Assembly (NCBI GenBank): GCA_010093815.1
Contig: ML996573.1
From: Pseudovirgaria hyperparasitica
Taxonomy: Eukaryota
Length of the DNA: 64,000 bases
Direction: 5' to 3' (one strand)
Position 1 is the first letter of the stretch. The number at the start of each line of letters is the position of its first letter. The notes under the pieces were generated by a model. It had not been told where the DNA came from and ran no database searches. It was given only the letters and a program-made list of their open reading frames with translations. This document shows positions 37,392-50,760 of the stretch, one piece after another. Position numbers and translations under genes: made by a program.

Positions 37392-40300
37392 TTAGGCTTT
37401 TGGAAGAACTGTGAAGGATGGCGTCTCCCAGAGGTCCCAGTCAGTGGACTTGGTAGGATCACCAAACGGCAGCAAGGCGGCAATACGAAAGCTGTGAATA
37501 CTCGTCAGTATATTTGTGATGAGATCGGGTCTCAAGGCAGTAGCGTACTTGTACATCCCAGGCACAACCTGGGAGCCATTCGCAAAGCGACCCAGCCAGT
37601 ATGACCGCTCTACGTAATTCAGCATATGGTGATACTGCGGAAATGAATAAATGTCATTCTCGCTAGCTCCAGCTTCCGGATCGAAGTACTGCGAGTTCAT
37701 GGTGCCATTCCATGCGGTTGCTGATCCAACAAAACCATTCTGGCCGATGACTGGAGGATAGACCCAGTCTGCTTCGGTATAATCCTCGTCGAAGATCTGC
37801 TATGTAAGTAGAAACTTAGTAAACTGGGGTGGGATCGATGGCTTACATCCCAGCGAAACTCTTCTGTACCCCAAGTGAATCTCGTTAACAACTGGGGAAA
37901 GTCTTGCGCGCTCTTTGAAAAGTTGAACGAGAAGCTAAAAGTTGTCAGTCTTTGTCGAATATGCGATCAAGATTGACGCGCACTTAGATTTCTGGTCGAT
38001 GGTAATTCCATTTATTCCGGACATTAGCATGGGATAGTATGAGCCGTGGTCGAACACTTTCTGGATCTGTTCTTGGATAGAGGCTGCAACACCTAGGAGC
38101 ACATCAGCATTGAAGACAAGTGTGGGTCGCAGATACAAGGGGGCTTACCAAAATAAGGGATACCGAGCTCTTCGTCATTGGAGCCACGGACGAGTATCTT
38201 ACCACCATAGACTGGGATGTTGGTTTCATTGGCGCCTGAAGGAGACTTGAAAGAAATCCTAATACGATCAGGTATTCATCTTCATAGGTCTACTCTGCAT
38301 ACTCAGCTGAAATAGTCTGCCCTGCCTTGACAGTCAGACTTCTCGGTAGAGCTATCTCAGGATCGAATTCAACTAGTTCGACCTCGGAGTAGAAGGCTGT
38401 TCGTGGAAGGGCGTATAACTGTTGACCCGGAGGAAGTGGAATCCAGGAGTCGTATCCCCCAGCGGGTTGGATCTCGAAATTATATGCTACAGTTTCCTTC
38501 CCATTGTTAGTGATTTCCACAGTGTGGACGCCCTGAAAGTGTGCCGTGTCGTTGAGCTCAATTTTACGACAATCAAAACCAATGTCAGTGGTATATCCCA
38601 GAACAGCCTGAGCATCGATAAGACCAGCACCGACTTGTGACGGTGGAGACCAGAATTTGTACACTGTATCGCTGGTAGACCAGTCTGCCCAAGGCATTGC
38701 ACGACCAGTAGAGGTGATGCGTGATATCAGTCTCTGGGCCCAAGCGGGATCATTTGAGTGCGCTGCTCGCCCACCGAACTGGCTGACCCAGAGGGCTGCC
38801 ACTCCCGCAATATAGGGAGTTGCCATGCTCGTTCCACTAAGAATCCGGAATTCGTTGGTAGGATAACTACTGAGTATTCTTGTACCGGGTGCTGAGATGT
38901 CTGGTTTCAGGGCGAGGTCATAAGTCCCACCCCACGAGCTGTAACGGGCCGGTCTGCCTGCCCCAGAGTTGTAGACACCAACGTAATGATTCGCGTCGAC
39001 GTTGAATGATGCCGTGACATTTCCACCTTTTTGGATAGCCTCAATGATAGTCTGTCCAGCTTGAGCTTCTATGACAGCTATCGGATTCTGGGACACGGTA
39101 CCTAGTGGGGGCATAATTGGTGCATCAGTGTTGTAGAAGAGAGCGTACTGAGCTCCGCGCGCCGCAATATTAATCCACTTTGCATCAATGGTACAGCCTC
39201 CGAGCCGAACAAGTACCACAGTTTCGTTCAGCTGTGGTGTATCTTGAGGCAGAGGGCTACACGCGTCGCTTTCCACTGATATGTTCAACGTCAATGGCTT
39301 GATAATTATGTCCAGTAGGGTTTTCGGAAAAGAACCTTGTCCCAAAAGATAGGCAATCTCGGTTTCCTCGACAATGCTATTTGTGATAAACTTTGCATTG
39401 AAAGTATTGGCTGGGAGAGCGCCTGCCTCTGCTGATGCTACTGTGAGCGAGTGCTTCCCGGAGGCACCATTTGAGGCTGCAAAAGGACCGTCCTGAAATA
39501 GCGTGAGTAACTTATTGATAAAAGCTGAAAGTTGTTAGTAAAGTCAACACTTACTATGCCATCATTACCGGCCGCGACAACCACGACTACTCCAGCATCT
39601 ACAAGTCTTGATGCAACTACTGCAAGAGCGTTAGTTGTGAATCCGCTTCTTTCGCCCAGACTTGCGCTGATGATGTCAGCCTAGGATGTTACTTGTCAGC
39701 AAGATTCAAGATACCACACCGTCCACACGTCAATCACACTACATACCCCAGACTCATATGCCTTCAGAAACCCTTCGATCACTGTTGCTTCATCCGAGTA
39801 TCCTGAGCTGCCAAAGACTTTGACACCAAAAAGATTGGCTTCAGGCGCGACTCCCGTAAACCTGACACCGATCAGCAGTCTGTTCACAATTCTTCGAAGG
39901 ATCAGCCATACTGTTCACTCTTACCAGCGATTATACCAGCACAATGTGTACCATGCCCAAAAACATCGTAAGGGTCGTTGTCAGGCTCGGGAGCGGTGGC
40001 TGGCCAAGCTATAATCCTATCAGCGCGAGACTTTAGGCTATGATGCTACGCCAAACACTAACAGTCACCCACGAGATCGAAGCCACCAGATACCGTGAAG
40101 CCTTCTCCAATACCACCTCCAAGCTAAAGAGGGGGACTGTTAGCCACAGTTGTGACATTCCACAGTCGTGAAAACTTACTGCAGGGTGTGTATACTGAAT
40201 GCCACTGTCGACAAGAGCAACTAGTGCGCCCTTACCTTTGATGCCAGCCTCATGGAGCTTATCAACACCAGTTTGTCCATGGACAGAATAATTAACAGCT

Positions 40301-40683
40301 CTTGTATCATCCGCGAAGGATTCTCCCTCGACAGTTGGCGGGATCTGCATTGGGCGAGATTTGTAAACGGCGGCCACAACCTCGTGTCCAAACAACTGGT
40401 TGATAGTAGCTTTTAGCGATGATTGGTCGCAGTGAGCCTCGCATTCGATGCTCAGAGCTGGGAATACATCCCAGTTGAGCTCCTTCACGATGCCGAGACC
40501 TTCATACTTGGTCAACTCCTGACTAACGTCCATAAACTCACTGTGCGATTTCAGTTCCACAATATAACGCCTAGGCGTAGCATCTGACAAGACAGTTGTG
40601 CTATCCGAAGCACGAGAGATAAACCGACTTGCCCAGCTGCTTGCCACAGTGCTAAGTAGGGCAACGGTGTCGAAGACCTTCAT
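37392..40683 (-). CDS. Secreted subtilisin-like serine protease (S8A, PA domain plus Fn3-like C-terminus; Pr1C/pyrolysin-like)
   Basis: Signal peptide; triad VDSG, GHGTHCAG, SGTSMATP; AAGNDG; LKPDISAPG; many introns; C-terminal YWLGRFANGS..ALLPFGDP. Confidence 0.92.
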
Positions 40684-41913
40684 CTTGAATCGAAGTTTCT
40701 ACTGTTGGCTGCCCAACATATGATTGCAATGAATGCTAACGGCTGGAACTGTTCCATCACTAGCTATATATCCGTCCTCAATGCGGATATCCGGATGACT
40801 TTGAGAACAAATATTATAAACCCTTGCAGACTTCAAGTTCGAGCTATTGGTGACAAGGTCCAGGGTGGTGTCGCTTACGGTCGATTCGTGCTTGCGCTCG
40901 CTGTGCATGGGTTTAATCGGTATCCCAGCAAAATGACCGTCTCGGAATTGCCATCTTGATCATGCCAATCCAAGGATGTAAACGGCATGCTAGCGCCGGT
41001 AAACGCGTAGGCGTCATGATTCGCCAATCGGTGTCACTTGGCAGACTTTATCAATGCCCTGCAAACAAATTAAGCATCAAAGCAACAGAATGGTCGATGG
41101 AAGGAGAGCTCGTGACGGAATGAGCTATTGTTATCTACCCCATGCACCTTGGCACTATGCTCACCTTCTCATCTAGTACTAGTATTTATATTCGTTTCGT
41201 CACTAAAGAGTTCCCTATCAATGCACAGTGTCGTCTAGAGAACGCATGAGACAGCTGCCGCAAAGCCGCCAGATCTTCTATGAAAACATAGCGTGTAGTT
41301 CCGAACTAAACAAATGCTGTCGGATAGGTAACAGCCAACTGTCACTTGGAAGCACCACTATGGCGACGCAATTGTAGTGTATTGCAGTGCATAGTCAGCT
41401 CTGTCACTAGATGGCTTATACACACCATCTTTCGCCTCGTCGGTCACGTTTCCTTACGGACGGTGCAAATGCTCGAATTTTCGAACTCTCGAGAAACATC
41501 GTTACATAGAATATTTCCCAAAAGTTGAAGGTAGTTGAATCGGTAGCGAACAGTCGGAGGGTCGATTATGTTGTGTGGTGGTGAAGAGAGTCTTCCGAGC
41601 AGAAAGCTAGAGTTCACGCTCCGCTTATTGCGACGTTTGCAATGAATAAACATCAAAGAAGAATTATGCAAAGCTCTTCTAGATGCATTAGTAGCGCTAG
41701 ACGACAGAATTACTCGGAACGTGAACGTTGATGACACAAAGAAGGCTACGAGTTAAACACGTACTATAGAATAATTGGAAGATTGCACGTGCCATGGATT
41801 TTCATCAACCTGGAAGCCTTGGTGCCTCAGGCAGAGAACATGGGGTTGCAATTCGTTCAAACACACACATACATTATCGGTATTTTGTTACCACCATTCA
41901 TTCAGCCGATTAC

Positions 41914-42670
41914 TCAGCCAGCAAAAACACCCGGGCCCGGACTAACATACTTGAAGCTGGAATCATAAATCGACGTGCTGAACAACGGGTCGCTCTTCTT
42001 ATACGCCCCTGGAAAGCTCACACCCGCTGGTTTCACACTCCCTCCACCCACAACATTGACCTGAAAGCAGCTCACATATGGTTGTGGGTTACCCGCGCCT
42101 GCATGCAACGCAATCGCCTCTGAACGCACAAGATAGTTGCCGCTTGCAATAGATTTGGGCACAGTGAATGTCCGCTTGCCACAGTTAGCATTGAGTACCT
42201 CAGTACCCCAGGAAGCTGTTGTGCCAGTGTAGCCGTCCTCCACGACCTTGAACCAACTTGCACTGCTTCCGACAGCAGTTTTTGCGTCGTTGACAGGAGC
42301 CATGTATACCAGCACCGGGCCGTAGTGATTGCCACCGATAGCGGGGTTAGAGCAGGACCGGTCGCCGGGCTGTTGGTGCATTTCGACAGTCAGGGTGGAA
42401 CCCGCTATGTATGTATGTTAGTTGAGATGCCCTCTGCGGATTCCGAGGTGGTCGATAAGGCATACCGGTGACCTCACAGACTCCTGAACTAGTGGCTGGC
42501 CCTCGTCCGCATGCCATTGTTGCATCTTCCACACTGGCGACGGGTGAGTTGTCTTGCACCTTGCGTACGCAGGTGCCGGACATGTCGGTACTACCGACCC
42601 AGAGTTGTTGCCAAGTAGCATGGGCAGAGACAGATACCACGAAAAAAGCGAAAACGGTGGACCACATCAT
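41914..42670 (-). CDS. AA9 lytic polysaccharide monooxygenase (no CBM1)
   Basis: Signal peptide ending SA then N-terminal His (HATWQ), EMHQQPGDRSC, HYGPV, YLVRSEAIALH, QPYVSC; one intron. Confidence 0.95.
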
Positions 42671-43302
42671 GTTGATGGCTTATGTCGAGGTTGGCGATCC
42701 GGAGGTAACGAAGAGATATCGGGCAGGAGAGAAGGGTTGAGGTGAAGTTGTATGGTCAGACAGTATGGTTATATAGCCGCGATGCCACGCTCGCATATAT
42801 GATACGTCTTAATGGAGGTTATTGCTGTGAAACAGCCTGTAGATGATTTCATACTTACCCATAAAGGTCGATTTAGCCGGAGGAGCACAGCGGGCTCATT
42901 GGACAGGGATCGATCTTGAAACTTGCCTGAGGAGGTTCAAATATACATCTCAAGACTGATTAGGAGAAAAAACTGGCTAATCGTGTTACTGTTCTTCGAG
43001 GGAATGCTGCGTTGCAATGTAAAACTGACACGCAGGATCGGAGCACGGCCCGTGTTTTCCGAACCATTGGCAAATTGACGAATGTCAGATGACGGAGGTA
43101 GGAGATAGATATTTAGATCATGTGTATAAAGATCTAGGATGGCTATAAATCGTGCGAATGCGCTGTAAATTGCTGATATTAGACTGAAGTATTGAGAGCA
43201 TCCATCGTTATAGCCGATTTGCATCAATGCTCTACCAAGCAGAGCTTTCCTCACATTAAAGACATGGCATGCATATCACGCGCTCCCTCAAGCATCTATT
43301 GC

Positions 43303-45327
43303 TTACAATTTTGCACCCTCCTTTGTGCGTCTCTCCTTATCCTTGTCACGTAGAAATCTGCGCAAGATCTTCCCACTCGGGCTCTTCGGGATAACATCGA
43401 TGAATTCGACGCCACCAGTAATCCATTTGTACTTTGCCTTATGCTTTTCGACATGTCTCTGAATGTCACGTTTAATATGCCTATCATTTTCTTCAAGGCC
43501 AACAGACGGCGACTTGACGACGAAGGCCTTGGGTATTTCACCGGAGTGAGCATCTGTATGCATTAGTATCCTATCAAATTACAGAATCGCACACCATAGA
43601 GGTACCTACCTGGGACCTGGATGACACAGCAGTCAGCAACTGCAGGATGGGTCAGGAGATGGGCTTCAAGTTCTGCGGGCGCCACCTGATGACCCTTAAC
43701 CTTAATAAGCTCCTTGATGCGATCGGTAATAATGATATGCTCGTTGCCAGAAGGAGCTTTACAGACCATGGCTTCATCGCCAGTCCGCATCCAACCATCG
43801 ATGTACGTCTCCTTGGTTGATTTCTCGTTATGCAGATAACCCAGAGTCACAGAGGGCGATTTCACAACAAGCTCCCCGCGTTCCTCGTAGCCTGTGCACT
43901 CAACACCCTCGACTGTGACAATCTTGGCTTGAACTCCCGGTATGAGTGATCCAGAGGAGCCGAACCAGACATCATGACCAGATGTTGTACAGACGACTGT
44001 ACAGGTTTCGGTCAAACCTGATACCAACGTTAGCCAAACACCACGCCAGCATTGATGATGGATATCGTTACCATAGCCTTGGCGAATGCACCAGGATGGG
44101 AACTGATTCTGTAGCTCCTGGGCTGTTTCCGAACCTAATGGCGCTGCGCCCGTGAATATATTATCTACGCTACTCATGTCGAATTGAGACACCACGTCTT
44201 TTTGCTTTGTCATGAGAATGATGATAGGTGGGACCTAGAACGGTTACTCCAATGATTCGATGTAGAGTAGACATGAACTTACGAGGTATAGTGTGGCTAT
44301 TTTATACGTTTGGATCGCATTGAGATATGGCTTCATCTCGAACCTAGGTAGCACAATCACGCCATCTCCCCTGTAGGTACCGACGTGACAGATAACAATA
44401 AGACCATAAATGTGGCTCATCGGAAGTAAGCCGAGCCCATTCTCTGTATATTCAGACTGATTATTGAGACTTTTGTCACGCTTCGTGTCTCGGTAGTGCT
44501 TTTCAAATGTCGTGACTTGTAGCGTATTAGCGATAACATTGCGATGCGATATCATGACACCTTTCTGCGTCTGATCAGTCTTCGATCATAGATCCACGCA
44601 TGATTCTTACCGGAAGTCCTGACGTCCCGCTCGAATAGCAGAGAAACGCAACCTGACGAGCTCCTTGGCCCTTCTCCCATTTCAATGGTTCTAGTCGAGC
44701 TTCCTTGGAGCCAATCCTGATCAAATCATTCACTGTCTTGTAGCCTTTGGGCGATTCTTGGCCGCCAGTAGCTTCTTTCGACAATTCGAGCATATATATG
44801 TTCGTCTTGGGTATGCCAACGGTCTGTGCGGCACCCTTGGCAATGTCGAGGAGAGGTAGACAAGTGAAGATGTATTTCGCACCAGAGTCACGCAGCTGGT
44901 GCTCGAGTTCCTTTTGCGAGTACACAGCATTGGCAGGTGTAGCTATACCATTCAGCCTATGAATGGCCCAGTTGAGGACATTGTAATCGATCTACCACTA
45001 TATTAGTGCTACAACGGGTCAATATGTGTCCAAAGGATGTTTGCGCACAGTGTTGACACTGAATATATTGACAACCTTGTCCCACTCAGTACCATTGTTC
45101 GGTGACCATCCAAACTCTTTCGCCATGCCACGTGCGAGGAAGTCTATGCGCTCCTTGACCTCGAGAGCGTTGTATGTCGCGCCAGAGAGACCACAGGTGA
45201 AAGGGTTCTTCGCGTAACCAAGAGGATGGCGGCCATATTGCTCGTCGAAAAGAAAGTCGGGAATAGACACACTATCTGGAGGATCGAAGGGGAGTTTTGG
45301 CGCCCATGCCGGAGGACCAAAAACCAT
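43303..45327 (-). CDS. 4-coumarate/phenylacetate-CoA ligase-like adenylate-forming enzyme with PTS1
   Basis: YSSGTSGLPKG, QGYGLTE, GELVVKSP, RTGD, DRIKELIKVKG, PKSPSGKILRR; C-terminal AKL; multi-exon. Confidence 0.95.
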
Positions 45328-46179
45328 GATTGCGACGGTGAACGACGTAGTACGATCGGAAGATTATGCAGGAAGCTGGGGTAGAAGGGTGACAGGGCAG
45401 CTACAACTGACTGCTTCAGGTCAAACAATCAACAACTGGGAGCCTTAATGGAACATACCTCCGTGAATCGCCCGGGTTGGCTTGCTGGCTCACAAGGACT
45501 AAGGGAACCAATGCCGAGTGTGGACACTGTGGAGCCGGAAGCTTGCAGCAGCTGTGCCGTAACGCGGGGAAAACACCCGAGGTTAACATGAAAGAGGGCT
45601 GGTTTGGTTTTCTTGCGCCAAAAATGGTAATTAGCTCTCTTCACGCTTTGCCGTCTCGAAGCGAGTAGGCATACTGGTCAACAGGGGGTGTAACAAAAGT
45701 CCGAGAACACCATCGGCACAGACCACCAGTTTTACTAATGGCTATTGAACTACTTTGACTAAGTCTGTAAATATCTAGCATGGCCAGATCAAATTCAGCC
45801 TTCGTAGGGTTATAGAGCCGCGTTACTTCTCCTTACTTTCAGATTTATTGAGCCAGTCGGTTATAGTAAGCCGCTTGTTATACGTCGTGACAGTGGTGTT
45901 CGCAGATCTTTGTCACTAGGTATTAGGTCCTGGCTAAGGCCATGTACACTAAGCATGTACAGTATTCGGAGCAACAAGACAGCGTTCAGGGAATTGGCTA
46001 AGCGTCGAAAGCGAAAAATGATGGATGTCGGGGGCTCCTATAATTGTCGTGTGGAGCCTTGATGCATTTATAGCCAACTTTTTTATATTCAATCCCAAGG
46101 TACAGTTGGGTCGGCATATACATCTGCCATATTCTATATATACACTGTGTGTCTAACAAATCTATGCAAAAATATACTC

Positions 46180-47041
46180 TTACATGACTGTACAACATCC
46201 CTTGAACAGCTTGAGGACCTTGGGTAGATATTTCTTCACTTCCTCTTCGTATTGCATTTGCTCTGGCTGTTGCTGGTGTTGCTGTTGGCCACCATGTTGG
46301 CCTCCATGCTGTCCGCCGTGCTGCTGCTGGTGATGAGGATAGCCCTGCTGCGGTGGCTGATGGCCTCCACCATATCCGCTGTGAGGAGGAGGCTCCGCAG
46401 GGCCACCTTGTAAGTTTACGTAGATGCGGCCTGCATTAGGCTCGGTATGGTATTGCAGGCCGAGCTCGCGACATACTTGCTCAACTCGTGGCTTGATCTT
46501 TTGGACATGATTAACGGAGTGGTTTCCCTTGCCCACAATCCTGTGCAGATGGTCAGTACCGTATAGGTCACCGTGTGCTAGAGCTCAGACATACACATGC
46601 AGATGCGTCTGGCCCTGACTCCTGGCCGTCTTGATTCTTTGTTCCAAAATATCCTCTGCCTCTTCGACAAATTGACCATGTAGATCAATTGTATCTGACG
46701 CAACCCTTCCCTCAGCATTGTTTTCTCGGAATATGTACTCTGACGCCTGTTTGTTGTATCGCTCAACATCCGCGCCATGTCTCTTCCCTTCTTCGGAGAG
46801 ATTGTGCGCTGCGCTGCCGTCGCCGCTCTGGTAGGCTTGATGGGCACGGTCGAAGCATTGCTGGCGCTTGCTCTGGGCCTGACGCGCGAGGTTGCGGAGG
46901 CGATCGTACTCTTCCTCGGCGTTGTCGCTGCGGGAATGGTTAAACGCTGGGTAGGGGGTTAGCTTGCGACAGGGCTTGTTCAAATCTAGGCGGGCAGGTA
47001 CCTCCACCACCAAGTCGAGTACTGGTTCCTGGGTAAGACAT
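46180..47041 (-). CDS. DUF1771 + Smr-domain protein (Ypl199c-like) with C-terminal CaaX
   Basis: AFNH..EEEYDRLRNLA, IFRENN, IDLHGQFVEEA, HVIVGKGNHS, NAGRI; two introns; ends CCTVM*. Confidence 0.9.
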
Positions 47042-47292
47042 GCCGCCAATGAGGAATACTGTATAGAGAAGCGACCGTGGAATAATGTATACAGCGATTA
47101 TGAAATAGGAGAGATTGGATTTTGGTGACAATAAGTACCGTCGGAACGAAGATCTAAATGTAGGGCAGCGTGCAGGTGTAGCTCCCGTCCCGCGATCTGG
47201 GCCCCGGTGGCTGGCACTTGCATTGACGCTCAACTTGTAAATGATTGCCATTTATAGATTGAAATAAATTTGAGCTCTGCATCAAAGGTTCA

Positions 47293-47378
47293 TCCTCCGT
47301 GGCGCAATTGGCTAGCGCGTCCGGCTGTTATCATGACAGCCAACCGGGAGGTTCGTGGTTCAAGCCCACGCGGGGGAG
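47293..47378 (+). tRNA. tRNA-Asn(GTT) with 12-nt intron (47331-47342)
   Basis: Acceptor stem TCCTCCG/CGGGGGA, A box TGGCGCAATTGG, anticodon arm TCCGG-CTGTTA^A-CCGGG, T loop GGTTCAAGCC, downstream oligo-T terminator. Confidence 0.96.
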
Positions 47379-47867
47379 TTCTTTTTGCATTTTTACCTAT
47401 CTCAATCAATCAACCAAATGATTAGACAACAGTACGTGCGGGTACTGTACCTGGAATTGAGAAAAGCCGGCCTGAATTCCTTAGGGCTGTCTAGATGTTG
47501 GACGTTCTTGCCTGCTCAACTTCTAAATCTACAGCCAGAAAACTATGCAAGTCGGTAGGAATCACGATTCACGAATCATGCGCAGATCGCGGTGGGTGCC
47601 AGTCGCGGTATGCATGCACCAATCGTTTTTTCAATAGTACATACAAGATAATATATACAGTTTTGGTACAATGTGGTCTTACAAACTGTGGAGGACCATC
47701 CTGCCCAAGAGACCGATAGCCCGATGAAAGGAACAACAAAGGACCAGAAAACTCCCAGGGTATCGAGGCTGTATTGTATTCGTCATGCTACAATAGCCAT
47801 AGCGTGACTTTCATCGGCCAAACAATGTCCAATATTACAAGTGAACGAACAGTCTGGCCATCAGCCC

Positions 47868-48533
47868 TCAGTGTTCCTTCTTGCCCCCAAGAACTCTCTT
47901 GACCATTCCCCAAGCCATGAACATGCTATCTCCCAGTGATGGCCGGTCTAACGGTTCGTCGTGGTGAGAGTTATGGTGACGTCGGTGCTCATGTGAGTGA
48001 CTATGTTGATTGTGTCCGCCCTCAGAGCCGCGACGTACGTGCCCAACACTCTGATAATAGCTGGGATCGTAGTAAGGCTGAGCGGCCTGAGATCTGGGAG
48101 GAAGGTGTCCCTCAGAGTGGCTCCGGTGATGACCTGACTGACGCTGTCCGTACCAGGCGGGATCCTCGTAGTACGGGTAGGCCGAGGGATCTTGTGATGG
48201 TCTGCGGCTCATATTGACGGGAGTTGAGTTTGCATTCGAGGACGGATAGACTGGAATGAGGTTTGGATTCTGGACTGGGAGCGGCTGTCCGGACGGGATG
48301 GTTGCGAGAGAAGGGTCGAAGTGAACGGTGTGGGTATCATATGGGTTGGGCCCGACTAGGTTGGGGTTGCTTCGAAGCTGGTCGTCTGGAAAGGGTGGTG
48401 GTGGGTGTGACACCGCTCGTTTCGAACCAGCAAGAATTGGGGAATCTTGCTGTGACTGTGGAGGTGTTGGCGAGTAGTGTTGATGACTGAGAGGAGGGTG
48501 GGCGTGGTGTTGTTGATATAAGGTCGTCATCAT
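47868..48533 (-). CDS. Pro/His/Gln-rich hypothetical protein (5' end uncertain)
   Basis: 221-aa ORF with low-complexity body and an ordered C-terminal motif RPSLGDSMFMAWGMVKRVL. Confidence 0.6.
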   Translation of the reverse strand: MMTTLYQQHHAHPPLSHQHYSPTPPQSQQDSPILAGSKRAVSHPPPPFPDDQLRSNPNLVGPNPYDTHTVHFDPSLATIPSGQPLPVQNPNLIPVYPSSNANSTPVNMSRRPSQDPSAYPYYEDPAWYGQRQSGHHRSHSEGHLPPRSQAAQPYYDPSYYQSVGHVRRGSEGGHNQHSHSHEHRRHHNSHHDEPLDRPSLGDSMFMAWGMVKRVLGGKKEH

Positions 48534-50760
48534 AGGCGATCGTGGCCTGATATATATGATCGGTACGCTAATTCGGCGATCACTATGGGACCGGTGTGAT
48601 TAGAGGGCGTGGTGGTGGGTCGTAGGGTTCGCAGATAGGACAGCCTTGTTGTCGCGACTTATTGCTAGGCTACTTTGACCTTGATGGTACAACGACAGGT
48701 GCGTCCATGCAACGATAGGATACAGATCTTTGATTGGACTATTTTGACTTCGAACGATCATATGATATGTTTGGTCCGCAGAAGTTCGTTCGACTGTCGT
48801 TGTTGGAGGAAGATTATGTTACAATGGCTGTGTACGACAGGTGAGTAGAGGTCTTATATGACGTTCGCGAGCTGAACCTTACGGCTAATCGGAGTGATGG
48901 ACATGGGTAGGAGGCGAAAGAGAACAAATGACCAGCGGTAGGGATACGCTAGAAAATAGGAAAGCTGATGAATGATACACGGCAAAGGTAAGCCGTCAGC
49001 CTTGGAGGCGTATACAAGAAAATTGGAGGGCTCGGTCAGAAAGAAGGTTCTACATCCAATGACAGGAAGGAATCAATGACTCCATTCTGACAAGAGCCAA
49101 GATCTGGGGTTGACCTTGACCGTCGCAGACATCATCCGTGTGGAAAGGTGAGATCGTCCGTATTTTCGAATCATACTGCAAGCCAGGAGTCAGAATCGGA
49201 GTCGCATCCTCGAGTCAGCCTTGTCTGGACCGTTTGGTCGTAAACATTTTGCCACTGGTGCTTCGGCCTGCGGCTCTATCTAGCGAGCGACCTATTTGTG
49301 TACGGAACGCTAAAATCGGTCTGGTCATTGGACTGTCCGCAAGGGCTAGCGGATTTCCTACCTAATTAATTAAAATTTATCTAGACTTAAGAGCTCCTAA
49401 GTCATACAATCTAGGTAATTAACAGTGATAACTGCATCTAGGTCTTAGTCCGTTCGTTTAGAGAGACCATACTTGAAGAACACGCACCTTTGTGCTCGTC
49501 TGTCTATATGCATAGTGTCATTGTTTTTATGTAATGTTAGAAGCTTTGTGGATTTCGTATTTTCTCTCTCCAAGCATGCGCTATCGACGTAGGTGCTGCC
49601 ATCTCCACAAGCATCACGGAATCATATTCGATGGTTACTCGAATACTGCCCGCTGCGAACCGTCATGTTTGTTTAGATTTCAATCCTCCATGAATACGGA
49701 GGATGAGATATCTGAAAATGGATTTGGCATGTAGGATACTGAAGGACCGAGGTGTTGGGGTGCTCGCTGGTACTTGGACATGGCGACTACTAACGGACGT
49801 GAGAATGCCATGCAGCCTTGTTTTGTTGCGAAGCGGGTGGACGATGAATTCGGATTTACAGCCGCGCTAACCGACAACAAACGATCCATGCCGAAAGCAT
49901 ATGTCAATGAGCGTACATATCCATCAATAACCATATACCAGCTTACGATATGACGCCTATGTCGACTGTACACACCTCCTTACCCCGTTCATCTGCCTGA
50001 CACGCGTCCAGTCACCCCTCGCCCACTCGTTTGAATCCTTTTTGATTCTGTCTCGATCCGTTGTTAACTTACATCATGTAAGTCAAGATTCCATCAGGTG
50101 CTATGGAGAATGGACTGCTTTCCAAATGATACTCAATGCATACAGGCGCCGGTGCGCTGCTGCCTAGCTGGTGGCAAACAATCGCATTACTGTGTTTGTG
50201 ACCGATTTCCATGGGGTACGATCAGTATCGGACCTAAGAATCTGCTCATTCTAGCCAGGTAGTAGCGATAGGAAATGAACCTGGAACCCCTCTCTCAGTG
50301 ATATAGAACGGGTCTCTCTTTATAATAGTGACCATAGATCTAATCATCGAGCGACTGGTTATGAACTAATCAGTCGCGCGAGAGGAGGCCATCCAGAACC
50401 GGCCTCCAAGACCGGCCACGACTTTCTGTATCGACTCTCGGTATAAGTTCAAGCGATGTTGAACTAGCATTCTGGTGGTTGAGGTAAATGTTTACGTTGC
50501 TCTGTCTCAGCCGGCAGCCGGTAGCAAAGACGCAACGTTATCAAAGCCAGCAAGCTCTGTGGCAGTGCGTTATACCTAGGCTTCCTCTATTCCACTTTTA
50601 CTTCCACAGCCATAGCTAAGTTTGGATTATCTCCATCGTGAAATACAAGAGGGGGCCGCAATGATTATACAGGTGTAAGACCCTCGACTGTTCCGGATAG
50701 AGGGGAAAACACCATTTCCTCCGTGATGCGGGACACGAACTACAATGATTTTCCCCAAGA

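Noticed and set aside
39493..39554. Subtilisin intron with two branch-point/acceptor sets (possible nested intron)
   Set aside because: The proximal acceptor is only 30 nt from the donor, too short for an intron, and no second donor is regenerated; a single 62-nt intron restores the frame.
12307..45327. Secondary-metabolite cluster from two P450s plus the acyl-CoA ligase
   Set aside because: No backbone synthase, transporter or cluster regulator, and the genes are separated by housekeeping loci.
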